Positions 10,507-19,532 of a DNA stretch of 64,000 nucleotides are shown here, piece by piece. Origin of the DNA: Candidatus Micrarchaeota archaeon (lineage in GTDB: Archaea > Micrarchaeota > Micrarchaeia > Anstonellales > Bilamarchaeaceae); NCBI GenBank assembly GCA_040753215.1, contig JBFMEZ010000013.1, forward strand, positions 1 to 64,000. The letters run 5' to 3'. Position numbers and translations under genes: made by a program. The first letter of the stretch is position 1. Each line of letters starts with the position of its first letter. The notes beneath the pieces were generated by a model that searched no databases, was not told the origin of the DNA, and was given only the letters and a program-made list of their open reading frames with translations.

Positions 10507-10658
10507 TTTTTTCACCGTGAACCTCCGCCCAGCGTCGGTTCACTCTGCCTTTGGGTTGCCTCGCTCACGCCCCAGCGTTCTGCATCGCTGCGGCGATGTC
10601 TGGCGAAGTTCTGCGGAACTTCACCATCGCTCGGCGCAAAAATGAGCCCAAAAACCTC
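10507..10658. repeat. REP/MITE-like palindromic element, family A copy 1
   Basis: Shares TTTTT..CACCGT, CTCTGCC.TTGGGTTGCC, TCGCTCAC and CGCAAAAA.GAG.CCAAAAACCTC with 45181-45282. Confidence 0.75.
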
Positions 10659-10671
10659 AAGCTCACTCATG

Positions 10672-11739
10672 CTACATCCCTCCCAAAACCTCTTCCAGGA
10701 TGTCCAGGGAAATCTCCAGGTTCTTCCTGTCGAAGAGCCCCATGTGCGCAATCCTCAGCCCATTGTCCCTGAATATTCCCTTGCACCCCACGATGGTTAT
10801 CCCATACTTCTCCAGCAGCATCTTCTTCACGTCCGCCGCCTTATCGTGCTTGAATGCGGTCAGGGACCAGGACTCGAACCCCTTTTCCGGAATAAGCTCC
10901 AATCCCATCTCCACGACCCTCGCCCGCACATATTCCGAAATCACACGGTGCTTCTCCACCCAGGCAGGAATCCCTCCTCCCTTGTCCATATGGTCGTAGC
11001 ACCTCTGTATCGCCCAGAATACCGTAATCGCAGGCGTATTCGGGGTCTGCCCCTTCTCCTTGTATATTTTCCTGTGCCTTCTCAAATCGCAATAGTGGGA
11101 AGGAATCCTATCCATCTTCTCTATTCTCTCCAGCGCCTCCTTCCCCAGCCCGATGACCGCGGCGCCAGGAGGGGCCCCAATCGCCTTCTGGCACCCGGTG
11201 ATGAAGTAATCCACCCTGAACTCCTTCATGTCCATCGGAAGGGAAGGCCACGCAGAAACCGAATCCATTATGGTGAGCATCCCCTTCTTCTTCGCGTACT
11301 GATAGATTTCCTTCGCATGGTTGCGCACCCCATACCCCGTCTCATTATAGACCATCCCGAAAACGCTCGCCTTGGACTCATCTATGTGCGCCTTCGCCTT
11401 CTCCAGGTTCCATCCCTTTCCCGCGGGAATGTCCTTCTTCTCCACTTTAGCGTATACCTGCGCACACTCCGCGAGCTTGTCCCCGAAGTTCCCATTGCTC
11501 AGCACGAGCATGCTCTCATTCGGTTTCACGCAATTGAGTATGCAAGTTTCTATTCCGAGAGTCCCCGAGCCCGTGAGCACATACGCCTCCTCCGCATTCA
11601 GGTATTTAGCGCTCCTCGTGCACAAATCGTTGTACAATACTTTGAACGCCCCGCCCCTGTGCGTGTACATCTCCTGCACCTGCGCGAGCATCACTTCCTC
11701 CGGCACATAGACCGGGCCTGGAGCCAATAGGATTCCCAT
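10672..11739 (-). CDS. Class V PLP aminotransferase (archaeal phosphoserine/serine-pyruvate type)
   Basis: LLAPGP, GSGT, NGNFG, NETG, DSVSA, GCQKAIGAPPG, TPNTP, RIAHMG. Confidence 0.85.
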   Translation of the reverse strand: MGILLAPGPVYVPEEVMLAQVQEMYTHRGGAFKVLYNDLCTRSAKYLNAEEAYVLTGSGTLGIETCILNCVKPNESMLVLSNGNFGDKLAECAQVYAKVEKKDIPAGKGWNLEKAKAHIDESKASVFGMVYNETGYGVRNHAKEIYQYAKKKGMLTIMDSVSAWPSLPMDMKEFRVDYFITGCQKAIGAPPGAAVIGLGKEALERIEKMDRIPSHYCDLRRHRKIYKEKGQTPNTPAITVFWAIQRCYDHMDKGGGIPAWVEKHRVISEYVRARVVEMGLELIPEKGFESWSLTAFKHDKAADVKKMLLEKYGITIVGCKGIFRDNGLRIAHMGLFDRKNLEISLDILEEVLGGM

Positions 11740-11826
11740 GCGTATCCCCCATATTTTGTGTTTCCCGTTTCCAGTTTCGTTAATATATAACTATTACCGG
11801 CTCCGGATACCTTCTCACGTTCCCCC

Positions 11827-11875
11827 AAGAGGAAGGGGGGACACCCCCCTTCTCTTTAGGGTAATCATAACCCCC
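11827..11875. repeat. Purine/pyrimidine hairpin element, family B copy 1
   Basis: AAGAGGAAGGGGG-loop-CCCCCTTCTCTT plus TAATCATAACCCC, also at 15861-15908. Confidence 0.7.
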
Positions 11876-11896
11876 CGACATTTGCATATTAGTACC

Positions 11897-12715
11897 TCAG
11901 TATATTACAATTACTGGTTCCGGGTACCTTCTTACATTTCCTGAGTAAACCCTGCCCTTCAGCATCTCCAGCATCAATCTCCTCGCCTCGTCCTTGTTTT
12001 CGAACAGCCATCCCAACCTCATGTTCAATCTCACTATTCTGTTCGGAATAAGATGCCTGGTGGATTTGGGAGGGAAGGGCACCCCGCTCTTCGCCCTCTC
12101 CACCACCTCCTTCTTTGTATAAGCCCTCCTGTAAAGAACGGAAAGCCCATCCTGCAGCACCACATCCCCAAAATCATCCGCAACATAAGTAACTTCCGGG
12201 TTTGTGCTTACCCCGGCGGAATCAACTATCCCCTTCTGCGCTTCCAGCAATTCGTTTATGGAGGAATATTTCCCCGGGGAGAGAAGGTACGCCTCCTTCC
12301 CATGGCCGTTCCTCTTCCCGAGCATGAACGCCACCCTGTCCTTCTCCAGCGCCTCCATCCCCGCCTTGAACTCCACCTTCTCCGCCTTTATCCCCGCCTT
12401 CGTGAACTGCTCAACGGAAAAGGAGGCGGAAGCGGGATACCATGTCCCAAGCTTAATCCCCGGGCTGGAATAATCCACCGGCTGCACGGCTGCATGCGGG
12501 CATTCCATGTCCTTCAAAACCATAAGGCGGTGGTTTCCGTCCAGCACCACATGGTCTTTTTCATCCATTATTATGGGGTCCACCATCTGCCCTATGTTGA
12601 ACATGGCTTCTTTGAGCCTTTTAAGGTTCTTGGGCACAATCTCCTCGTGTTGCAGAAGAATAGAGGTATCTACCACATCCAGTCGCCTGATGATTTCCTC
12701 TAACAAACAAGCCAC
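11897..12715 (-). CDS. serK: SerK-like ADP-dependent free serine kinase (ParB/Srx fold)
   Basis: HEE, LDGNHR, VDY..GIKLGTWYP, TKKEVV..G.PFPPKSTRH match the recalled Thermococcus SerK; adjacent to serC/serA-like genes. Confidence 0.7.
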   Translation of the reverse strand: MACLLEEIIRRLDVVDTSILLQHEEIVPKNLKRLKEAMFNIGQMVDPIIMDEKDHVVLDGNHRLMVLKDMECPHAAVQPVDYSSPGIKLGTWYPASASFSVEQFTKAGIKAEKVEFKAGMEALEKDRVAFMLGKRNGHGKEAYLLSPGKYSSINELLEAQKGIVDSAGVSTNPEVTYVADDFGDVVLQDGLSVLYRRAYTKKEVVERAKSGVPFPPKSTRHLIPNRIVRLNMRLGWLFENKDEARRLMLEMLKGRVYSGNVRRYPEPVIVIY

Positions 12716-12836
12716 CCTGCGCCTGCTTTCCCTCTTAATCTTTATAAAGCATCCCGGAAGGCTAGTTGTCCGGCGGCGGATTATACGGAAGTGAGCAAGG
12801 ATATCTTTAAAAACAAGCCAACAGAACTAATGGAAT

Positions 12837-13211
12837 ATGGATGAAGAGGCAAAGCGATACGCCGAAAAGGCAAGGAATTCCTGCCGCGCAGCCATATTGT
12901 TGCAGAAGCAGGGCCTTATAGCAGATGCGTTCTCGAGGGCTTACTATTCTGCGTTCAATGCAAGCCGCGCCATTATGCTAAAGGCGGGGGTGCAGCTTTC
13001 CAAAACCCATTCAGGCATGGTCGCCCGCCTCTGGGAGAGCAGGGAAAAGCTCGGAATCGATGCGAATCTCGTCCAGAACCTTTCCCGCTACCAGACTTTG
13101 AGGGAGGGCGGGGACTATGCGCCTCTCGAAGATGTGAGGAAGGAGGACCTGGAAGAGATACTTGCGGACATAAGGAAACTCTTTAAGCTGCTGGGTGAGA
13201 AGCTTGATTAA
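12837..13211 (+). CDS. HEPN domain protein
   Basis: SRAYYSAFNA, KTHSG, REGGDY. Confidence 0.85.
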   Translation: MDEEAKRYAEKARNSCRAAILLQKQGLIADAFSRAYYSAFNASRAIMLKAGVQLSKTHSGMVARLWESREKLGIDANLVQNLSRYQTLREGGDYAPLEDVRKEDLEEILADIRKLFKLLGEKLD

Positions 13212-13506
13212 GACAGTCAGCCTTGCGGACATTCTTCCTATGCTCATCAAGCTGAAGAAGGAGGTGGGCGGCGAGGTTTATGTTTTCGGCTCCGTGACGG
13301 AAGGGGTGGCGGTCCCTTTCGAGAGCGATGCGGACATACTCATCCTGCCGAAAGGCAAATACAACCGGAAAAGCCTTTTTGGGAAGGCATGGGATGCGGT
13401 GAAGAGCATCCTGGACATCGGGATAACCCCGCACATAATAATATACGACCCTAAGAGGCATGCGGGGCTGCTTGAGGAAGTGCGGAAGAGCGGAGTGCGG
13501 CTCTGA
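13195..13506 (+). CDS. Minimal nucleotidyltransferase (MNT)
   Basis: YVFGSVTEG..SDADILI; overlaps the HEPN gene. Confidence 0.85.
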   Translation: MRSLIKTVSLADILPMLIKLKKEVGGEVYVFGSVTEGVAVPFESDADILILPKGKYNRKSLFGKAWDAVKSILDIGITPHIIIYDPKRHAGLLEEVRKSGVRL

Positions 13507-13518
13507 ATCGCTTCCCGT

Positions 13519-13884
13519 TTATTCCTTCTCAAAAATAACGTTCTTCTTTCCCCTGAAATGTTCGTCCCCTGTTATCAGACGGCAGTCATCCCCGGAAACA
13601 TATGAGTAGATGATACCGTCAATCAGCGAAAGCCCCTCTTCTTCCGCAACCCTGCCGCCTTTCTTAGCTGATTCAAAATCCAGCGGAAGGATAAGCCCCC
13701 TCCTTGAGACGAACTGCAGGATTTTCTCTATCATTTTTTCATCCACCCTCTTTCTTTTAAGCGTCCTTCCCAGCTCGGCTATCACTATCGCGGGCGTTTC
13801 TATCAGCTCGTTCTCTATTATCTGCCGGAACCTCTTCCTGCTGAAGTAGGATATCCATGCATAAGTATCAGCCACGTATCTCAT
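13519..13884 (-). CDS. VapC/PIN-domain toxin
   Basis: VADTYAWISY, AEL, LSLIDGII, ITGDEHF. Confidence 0.9.
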   Translation of the reverse strand: MRYVADTYAWISYFSRKRFRQIIENELIETPAIVIAELGRTLKRKRVDEKMIEKILQFVSRRGLILPLDFESAKKGGRVAEEEGLSLIDGIIYSYVSGDDCRLITGDEHFRGKKNVIFEKE

Positions 13885-14074
13885 GTTCCTCGTCCTCCTT
13901 TATGTCCTTCATAGAAACCTTGCCCGCCAGGACCCCCGCCATGCTCTCCTTCTTCTCAAACAGGCACTTCTTCAGCTGCTCGTTTATGAACGCAGAAACA
14001 TTCCCATGGCCCAGCTCCTTCAGCTTACGCACTATTATCTCGTCCAGCGTAATCGTAATACGTGTGCTCATCAT
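13868..14074 (-). CDS. Ribbon-helix-helix antitoxin
   Basis: TRITITLDE..NVSAFIN; overlaps vapC. Confidence 0.75.
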   Translation of the reverse strand: MMSTRITITLDEIIVRKLKELGHGNVSAFINEQLKKCLFEKKESMAGVLAGKVSMKDIKEDEEHEIRG

Positions 14075-14133
14075 ACATCACCAATCATATATATGATGTA
14101 TGATTTATAAAGATTTGCCTGCATGGCGGAGAA

Positions 14134-14607
14134 TTATTTCATCGGCTCAAAAGACCTGAACGCCATATTATAATGGTGTAGCGGGACCTCCAGCCCTATT
14201 CCTTTGTCCCACCCAAATGGCCAACTCGTGGTCTTCGGGAACTGTGCCTCCACCAGCCCCACCAGGCGATCGACAATCTCCCGGGCCAGCATCGCCGAAG
14301 CCGTATCAGTGCTCAAGTGCGCGAATGCGCCCACCACTATCTCCGCGGCGCCTATCAATGCCCTTGCCCTCAGAATATCTTCCTTCACTTTGCCCAGGTC
14401 CAGCCTTCCATCCTCCCTTTCCACGCATACGAGGGCCAGCAGTGCATTTTTCGCAGAAATGGCCCGGTTGGAAGCAGTAAGCTCCGGAAGGATGTCTCCC
14501 AGTTTCCTACGAAGGTTTTTCTCCTCCCGGGCATGCCGGCTCCTGCTTTTCCCGGATATGCCTGCCTCCACCCACAGTTCCTTCGCGTGTATGTAGAGCA
14601 TTTTCAT
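14134..14607 (-). CDS. Stand-alone archaeal ThrRS-editing-domain-like protein
   Basis: MLYIHA, VCVERED, AFAHLS, PFGWDK resemble the tRNA-Thr_ED motifs (YPYAHLS, PFGWYK). Confidence 0.7.
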   Translation of the reverse strand: MKMLYIHAKELWVEAGISGKSRSRHAREEKNLRRKLGDILPELTASNRAISAKNALLALVCVEREDGRLDLGKVKEDILRARALIGAAEIVVGAFAHLSTDTASAMLAREIVDRLVGLVEAQFPKTTSWPFGWDKGIGLEVPLHHYNMAFRSFEPMK

Positions 14608-14722
14608 CCCATCACCATGTGTTATTATGTGATATAAGATGTGTTTTCTTATATTTTAATATTGCGGAAAGAAAAATGCAAAAAGTGAAAGATTTTTATA
14701 TAATATTATATAAAATAGCAAT

Positions 14723-15691
14723 ATGAAACCAGAGAATCTTGATGTGACCGACAGAAAGATACTCGCAGAACTGGACCAGGATGCAAGAATAAGCTACAGC
14801 GAACTCGGCAAGAGAATAAGGGTGGCCAAAGAGACGGTGAAATACAGGATGGAAAGGCTCATGAAGGAAGGGGCAATCCAGGGCTTCTACACGGCGGTGG
14901 ATTTCTCCAAGCTTGGCTTTGTGGTCTACCGTCTTTACTTAAGGCTGAGGAACACCTTCCCGGAGATAGAGCAGGAAATTGTCAAATACCTGGCCGAATC
15001 GAAGAACGTTTCAGTCCTGTACCGCACAAATGGGCCCTACCATCTCGCAATGGGTGTGTGGGCAAGGGACATATGGGAATACGAGAAATTCTGGCAGGAT
15101 TTCAAGCATCGTTTCGGGAGATACGTCTCCGCATCCCACCTTGCCCTGATGTCCGATTACAGGGAATTCTCGCGCCTTTACCTCAGTGGTGGAAAAGCCG
15201 AAAAAAAGTCCTTTCCCGTGGTGACGAAAAGCGGAAAGGAGAAGCTGGACCAGCTCGATTTCAGATTGCTCACCTTCCTTTCGGGCAATGCACGCGCCTC
15301 CATAGTGGAAATAGCGAAGAAAACGGGCGCAAGCATCGTTACGGTGCGCAGCAGGCTGAAGAGGCTGATGGATAAGAAAGTAATTGTCGGGTTCAGGCCG
15401 ATGCTCAACTTAAATGCGCTTGGAAGGGAATATTACAAGGTGGATTTGTGGCTTAGCAAGTTTGACAAGGCGGAAGAGATAGCCGGGCACATCCTCTCCA
15501 ACCCGAATGTTATTTATGCGGAGAAAACCCTCGTAACCAGCGACCTTGAATTCGATGTTGAGATAGAGAATTTCGACAAATTCATCTCACTGATGGATTC
15601 ATTCAAGGCGAAATTCCCGGAGGACGTACAGGATTATTCCTACTATTCGCTGGTGAAGAACTACAAGACCAGTTTTGTGCCTTCGCTTTGA
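14723..15691 (+). CDS. Tandem double Lrp/AsnC regulator
   Basis: Two AsnC HTH units (LDVTDRKILAELDQDAR; LDQLDFRLLTFLSGNAR). Confidence 0.9.
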   Translation: MKPENLDVTDRKILAELDQDARISYSELGKRIRVAKETVKYRMERLMKEGAIQGFYTAVDFSKLGFVVYRLYLRLRNTFPEIEQEIVKYLAESKNVSVLYRTNGPYHLAMGVWARDIWEYEKFWQDFKHRFGRYVSASHLALMSDYREFSRLYLSGGKAEKKSFPVVTKSGKEKLDQLDFRLLTFLSGNARASIVEIAKKTGASIVTVRSRLKRLMDKKVIVGFRPMLNLNALGREYYKVDLWLSKFDKAEEIAGHILSNPNVIYAEKTLVTSDLEFDVEIENFDKFISLMDSFKAKFPEDVQDYSYYSLVKNYKTSFVPSL

Positions 15692-15745
15692 GTGCATGCG
15701 ACTCTGAAACAGTTTTAAATTCTTGCAGCGCCTATATTTGCGTCA

Positions 15746-15855
15746 GGGCCCGTAGCGCAGCCTGGATAGCGCGGCATCCTCCTACCGTTTCCAGTTTCCC
15801 GTTTCCGGAAACGGGAGCGAGATGTAGGTCGTGGGTTCAAATCCCACCGGGCCCG
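15746..15855 (+). tRNA. tRNA-Arg(CCT) with a 35-nt intron (15785-15819) at 37/38
   Basis: GGGCCCG acceptor stem, GCATC-CT-CCT-A, GGTTCAAATCC; BHB helix CTCC/GGAG. Confidence 0.9.
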
Positions 15856-15860
15856 ATTGG

Positions 15861-15908
15861 AAGAGGAAGGGGGAGGTCCCCCTTCTCTTTACCATAATCA
15901 TAACCCCC
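15861..15908. repeat. Hairpin element, family B copy 2 (possibly terminator-like)
   Basis: Near-identical to 11827-11875, directly after tRNA-Arg. Confidence 0.7.
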
Positions 15909-15920
15909 AACGGCTATTTT

Positions 15921-16406
15921 ATGAGAAATAAACCAAATCCGCCCGCTCCGAAAAAGGGCAATAAACTCCTTTACATTCTAATCGCCGCAGCCATCCTCAT
16001 AGTTGTTTTTTTCCTCCTCACCCAGCACTCCGGAAAGGAGCAAATTACCATAATCAACAGCGCGGGGCAGGAAATCAAAATCTACGTTGAAATAGCCGAC
16101 GAATGGCCGGAGATGGAGCGCGGACTAATGTACAGGGAATCCCTTCCCGAAGATGAGGGGATGCTGTTCGTCTTCCCGCAGTCCGGGAATTATCCATTCT
16201 GGATGAAGAATACTCTAATCCCATTGGATGCAATCTATATTTCCGAGAACGGGACAATAGTAGACATGCTCCAGATGGAGCCATGCATCTCCGACCCCTG
16301 CCCGAACTACACCCCGGATGCGGACGCCCTCTACGTTTTAGAAGTAAATAAAGGATTCGGCGAAAGGCACGGGATATCCGAAGGGAACAGGATGGTTCTT
16401 AAATAA
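15921..16406 (+). CDS. DUF192 exported protein
   Basis: TM anchor, VEIAD, RGLMYR, GMLFVF, FWMKNTLIPLD, YVLEVN. Confidence 0.9.
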   Translation: MRNKPNPPAPKKGNKLLYILIAAAILIVVFFLLTQHSGKEQITIINSAGQEIKIYVEIADEWPEMERGLMYRESLPEDEGMLFVFPQSGNYPFWMKNTLIPLDAIYISENGTIVDMLQMEPCISDPCPNYTPDADALYVLEVNKGFGERHGISEGNRMVLK

Positions 16407-16426
16407 TCTTTGCTGCCTATTTCTTT

Positions 16427-17209
16427 TTGGGCCTCATTATGCTGGTAGAACTCGCAAAGGCACTGGAGGAAAGCATCCAGCAGACATTAGAGGACAAAAT
16501 AGGAATCGCATTCTCCGGAGGCCTGGACTCCACCATAATTGCCCATGTGGCGAAGAAATATTCCGCTCCGGAACTGTTCATCGCGGGAATAGAGAGATGC
16601 GACGATTTCCAGTATGCGGAGGTTCTCGCGGAGAAGATGAAGCTCCCTCTGCACAAGCGCACCCTCTCTTCCCAGGAGATTTTGGAATATTACAAGACCG
16701 CTTATTCCGTATTCCCGGGAGAATTCCTCAAGGTGGAATTGCTCGTGCCCCTCTGCGCGGTGGGCGAGATGGCTCATAAAGAAGGAATAGATGTTTTGCT
16801 TTTCGGGAGCGGGGCAGAGGAATTGTTCGTCGGCTACGAGAGGTATTACACTTATGCAAAGGAGGGCGGAAATCTGGAGAAATTGCTGAAGGAGGAGTAC
16901 TCCACCCTCAAAAATAGGGAAATTAAAATGATAAAGAAAGTGATGCGGAAATACAATATAGAGGCGAGATTTCCATTCTATAACTCGACTCTTGCGGAAA
17001 TGGCCTTCTCAATTCCGTTGCAACAGAAAATGGAGGACAAGAACCTGAAGAAATGCGTGCTCCGGGAAGCAGCCAAATTCCTCGGAGTTCCGGAATTGGC
17101 AATAAAGAGAAAGAAAAAAGCCCTCCAGTATGGGAGCGGAATCCACAATATTCTACTGAAGAATGCGGATTACATCGCGAAGCATTTCCCACCAGAACAG
17201 ATGGAATAG
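16427..17209 (+). CDS. Asparagine synthase C-terminal-domain-only protein
   Basis: AFSGGLDS, GSGAEELFVGY, RFPF, KKALQYGSG; no glutaminase domain. Confidence 0.8.
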   Translation: MGLIMLVELAKALEESIQQTLEDKIGIAFSGGLDSTIIAHVAKKYSAPELFIAGIERCDDFQYAEVLAEKMKLPLHKRTLSSQEILEYYKTAYSVFPGEFLKVELLVPLCAVGEMAHKEGIDVLLFGSGAEELFVGYERYYTYAKEGGNLEKLLKEEYSTLKNREIKMIKKVMRKYNIEARFPFYNSTLAEMAFSIPLQQKMEDKNLKKCVLREAAKFLGVPELAIKRKKKALQYGSGIHNILLKNADYIAKHFPPEQME

Positions 17210-19480
17210 CTAGGCAGTCCTCGCAGCCAGTTCTGCCCTTAGTTGTTCCTTGAATATGTCTTCCAATCTTACCTGCGCAGCCTTGTAATCCACAGTCCCG
17301 TTCTCCTGCTCAAGGTCTGCAAGCATCCTGTTAGTCGCGGTATTCAATTTCGTTACAAAGTCAATCTCCCGCAACAGCCTGTCGTTGGCATCGATGCTCG
17401 CCTTGTACGCCTTGTAGTACATCTTTCCCTTCAGGAAAGCCTGCAGGATGTACTGCTCCGGGGCGATTCCGCTCTCGTCGCTCCTGCGCACAAGCACGGG
17501 GGGAACCATCTGCAGGTCAAGGTGCCCCTGCAGTTTTCCCATGTCCACCTTGTCGAAATCCCAGAGCAGCGCCTCAGGGTTCCTTATGAATTTTGGCTCC
17601 ACGTTGCACGCATCTATGGTCGGGCCCCTCCTGTACCTGAATATCTCCACAAATTGCCTGTTCGCGGGGTCGCTTTCATACTCATAGCCGAGCACCCTGT
17701 ACACGCGTCCCTTCCTCCCAAACCTCAGTTTCCTCAGGAAAGTGTACCTATCAGTCGCAAACATGGAGGCAGAAGGAATCCCGAACACCAGCTCAAGGCG
17801 GTCCTGCACATCCTTCAGGGACTCGGCATGCAGGTTATAGAGGAGGAAAACTCCGGGCTGCGTGTTCAACAGATTAATCACGCCCTGCACCGCGCTCCGC
17901 GAACGGATTTCATTAATCACCAGAGCTGCGTCACCCATCCTCAGGAGTGCGTTCGCCATCTGCACGAGGTCCAGCTCGCCCGTGGGCTTGTATGCCGGCC
18001 CCTCCTCAATCCCCGCCTTCACCTTCGCAGCGCCTATGTGGAACCCGCGCTTCCTAAACGCCCCAACAGGTATTTCCTGGATGTCCTGTATCGGAATAAT
18101 CCTCTTCCGCGTCCCGATAGCCATTATCTTTGCGGCCGTGAACGCGGTCTTCCCGACTCCCTTGAGCCCGAGGACCGCCTCGCTGCAGCCCAGGCTCACC
18201 ATCACGTCATCATAGCCCGCGAAGAACGGGTTGAAGGACCTGAAATAGAGATATTGCGGGTAGGTGAAGGGCGCCTCCTGCATTATCCTCAAAGCTCCAA
18301 CAAGGGGCCCGAAGGTCGCCGGAGGCCTCTGCAGGTGCGTCCTCATCGAGTGCCTCTTCACGACCACGTCCACCACGGGGTTCAAATCATCGAACTTCCT
18401 CCCCTTTTCCGAAAGCACTATGTTCCTGAAAGACCTTTCCAGCAAAGGTCTGCTGTACCTGTAAAGGGTGTGGCAGATCCCGAATTTCGCATGCTCTATG
18501 TAGATGGGCGAATTCTCTGCATCTATGTATATGTCCGTGACATTCTCGCTGTCCAGGGCGAGATTCTCCACAGGCGAGCCGAGCCCCACAATCCAGTTCG
18601 CGACCTCCCTGCCCATTATGAGTGCCTGGTGCGGGGTGATGTCCATCCCCCTCTTTATTGCCTCGTCCAGGAAATACTGCCTGTATTCCCTTGTTTTGAG
18701 TTGATATAGGATGTCGAACTGCTCCTCCGGGAAGGTCTCCTTCATCTGCCCCTCAATCAGCCCCTTCATCATAGCGGATAGCTCCGGAGGAAGCTCATTG
18801 ATTCCCTTGTTCTCCTGCACGTAGAGGTATGCCTCACCCCCCGGCATCTCGTAAAGCTGCACGCCCACCCCGTACCTCAGGTCGTATCTGGCTTCCGGTG
18901 CCTCAAGGGGCTTCGCGTTCGGGGGTATTTCAAGAAGGAGCGAGGGCACGAACCCGAGCGTGCGCAGCCCTGCAAGCGAAAGAAAAGCTGCCCTCAGGTC
19001 CCCGGCCTGCTTCGTGAGCTGGAAGAGCTGGGTTTCCGTGAATCTCTTGATTATCCCGTTTATCCACGCCCTGAAGTTCTGCTGCCCCTTTGCGAAAATG
19101 GCGCGCTCCGCGGCGGGCTCCTTGTAGTCCCGCAGGACCTTCTCGGCCATCAGCGGGTTCATGAATATGAATTCGTAGAATTTCCTTATCGCGTCCCTCC
19201 TTTTCGCATAATTCTCGTCCTGCTCCAGCCCGTAGACCTCCTTGTTCAGCATTATCCCCTCTATCTGCTTTATTACTGAGGCGTATTCCACAAGGACGAA
19301 GGTCTTCTCCTCGTCCAGCTCCACGATTATCTCCTCCTCGTAGCGGAGCGTCTTTATCGGCTCCTCAATCGTGGAGAGGTCCTTCAGGTGGAAGTTCAGG
19401 AATTCTGCGGATGCGAACTCAAAAGGGCACTTGGACATGTCCACTACGCCGCGGGTACCTTCGAGGACGATGTTGCACAT
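17210..19480 (-). CDS. Large divergent type II/IV secretion (VirB11/TadA/FlaI-like) ATPase
   Basis: DIYID, GLKGVGKT Walker A, IQDIQEI Asp box, ALLRM, VINEIR, NLHAES. Confidence 0.75.
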   Translation of the reverse strand: MCNIVLEGTRGVVDMSKCPFEFASAEFLNFHLKDLSTIEEPIKTLRYEEEIIVELDEEKTFVLVEYASVIKQIEGIMLNKEVYGLEQDENYAKRRDAIRKFYEFIFMNPLMAEKVLRDYKEPAAERAIFAKGQQNFRAWINGIIKRFTETQLFQLTKQAGDLRAAFLSLAGLRTLGFVPSLLLEIPPNAKPLEAPEARYDLRYGVGVQLYEMPGGEAYLYVQENKGINELPPELSAMMKGLIEGQMKETFPEEQFDILYQLKTREYRQYFLDEAIKRGMDITPHQALIMGREVANWIVGLGSPVENLALDSENVTDIYIDAENSPIYIEHAKFGICHTLYRYSRPLLERSFRNIVLSEKGRKFDDLNPVVDVVVKRHSMRTHLQRPPATFGPLVGALRIMQEAPFTYPQYLYFRSFNPFFAGYDDVMVSLGCSEAVLGLKGVGKTAFTAAKIMAIGTRKRIIPIQDIQEIPVGAFRKRGFHIGAAKVKAGIEEGPAYKPTGELDLVQMANALLRMGDAALVINEIRSRSAVQGVINLLNTQPGVFLLYNLHAESLKDVQDRLELVFGIPSASMFATDRYTFLRKLRFGRKGRVYRVLGYEYESDPANRQFVEIFRYRRGPTIDACNVEPKFIRNPEALLWDFDKVDMGKLQGHLDLQMVPPVLVRRSDESGIAPEQYILQAFLKGKMYYKAYKASIDANDRLLREIDFVTKLNTATNRMLADLEQENGTVDYKAAQVRLEDIFKEQLRAELAARTA

Positions 19481-19532
19481 GGCTCCACACTCGGAGATGC
19501 AGAATTAAAACCTTGCTGCTGATATTTTTACG

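Noticed and set aside
10512..10751. 79-aa ORF between the aminotransferase and serA
   Set aside because: It is mostly a translation of the palindromic repeat element
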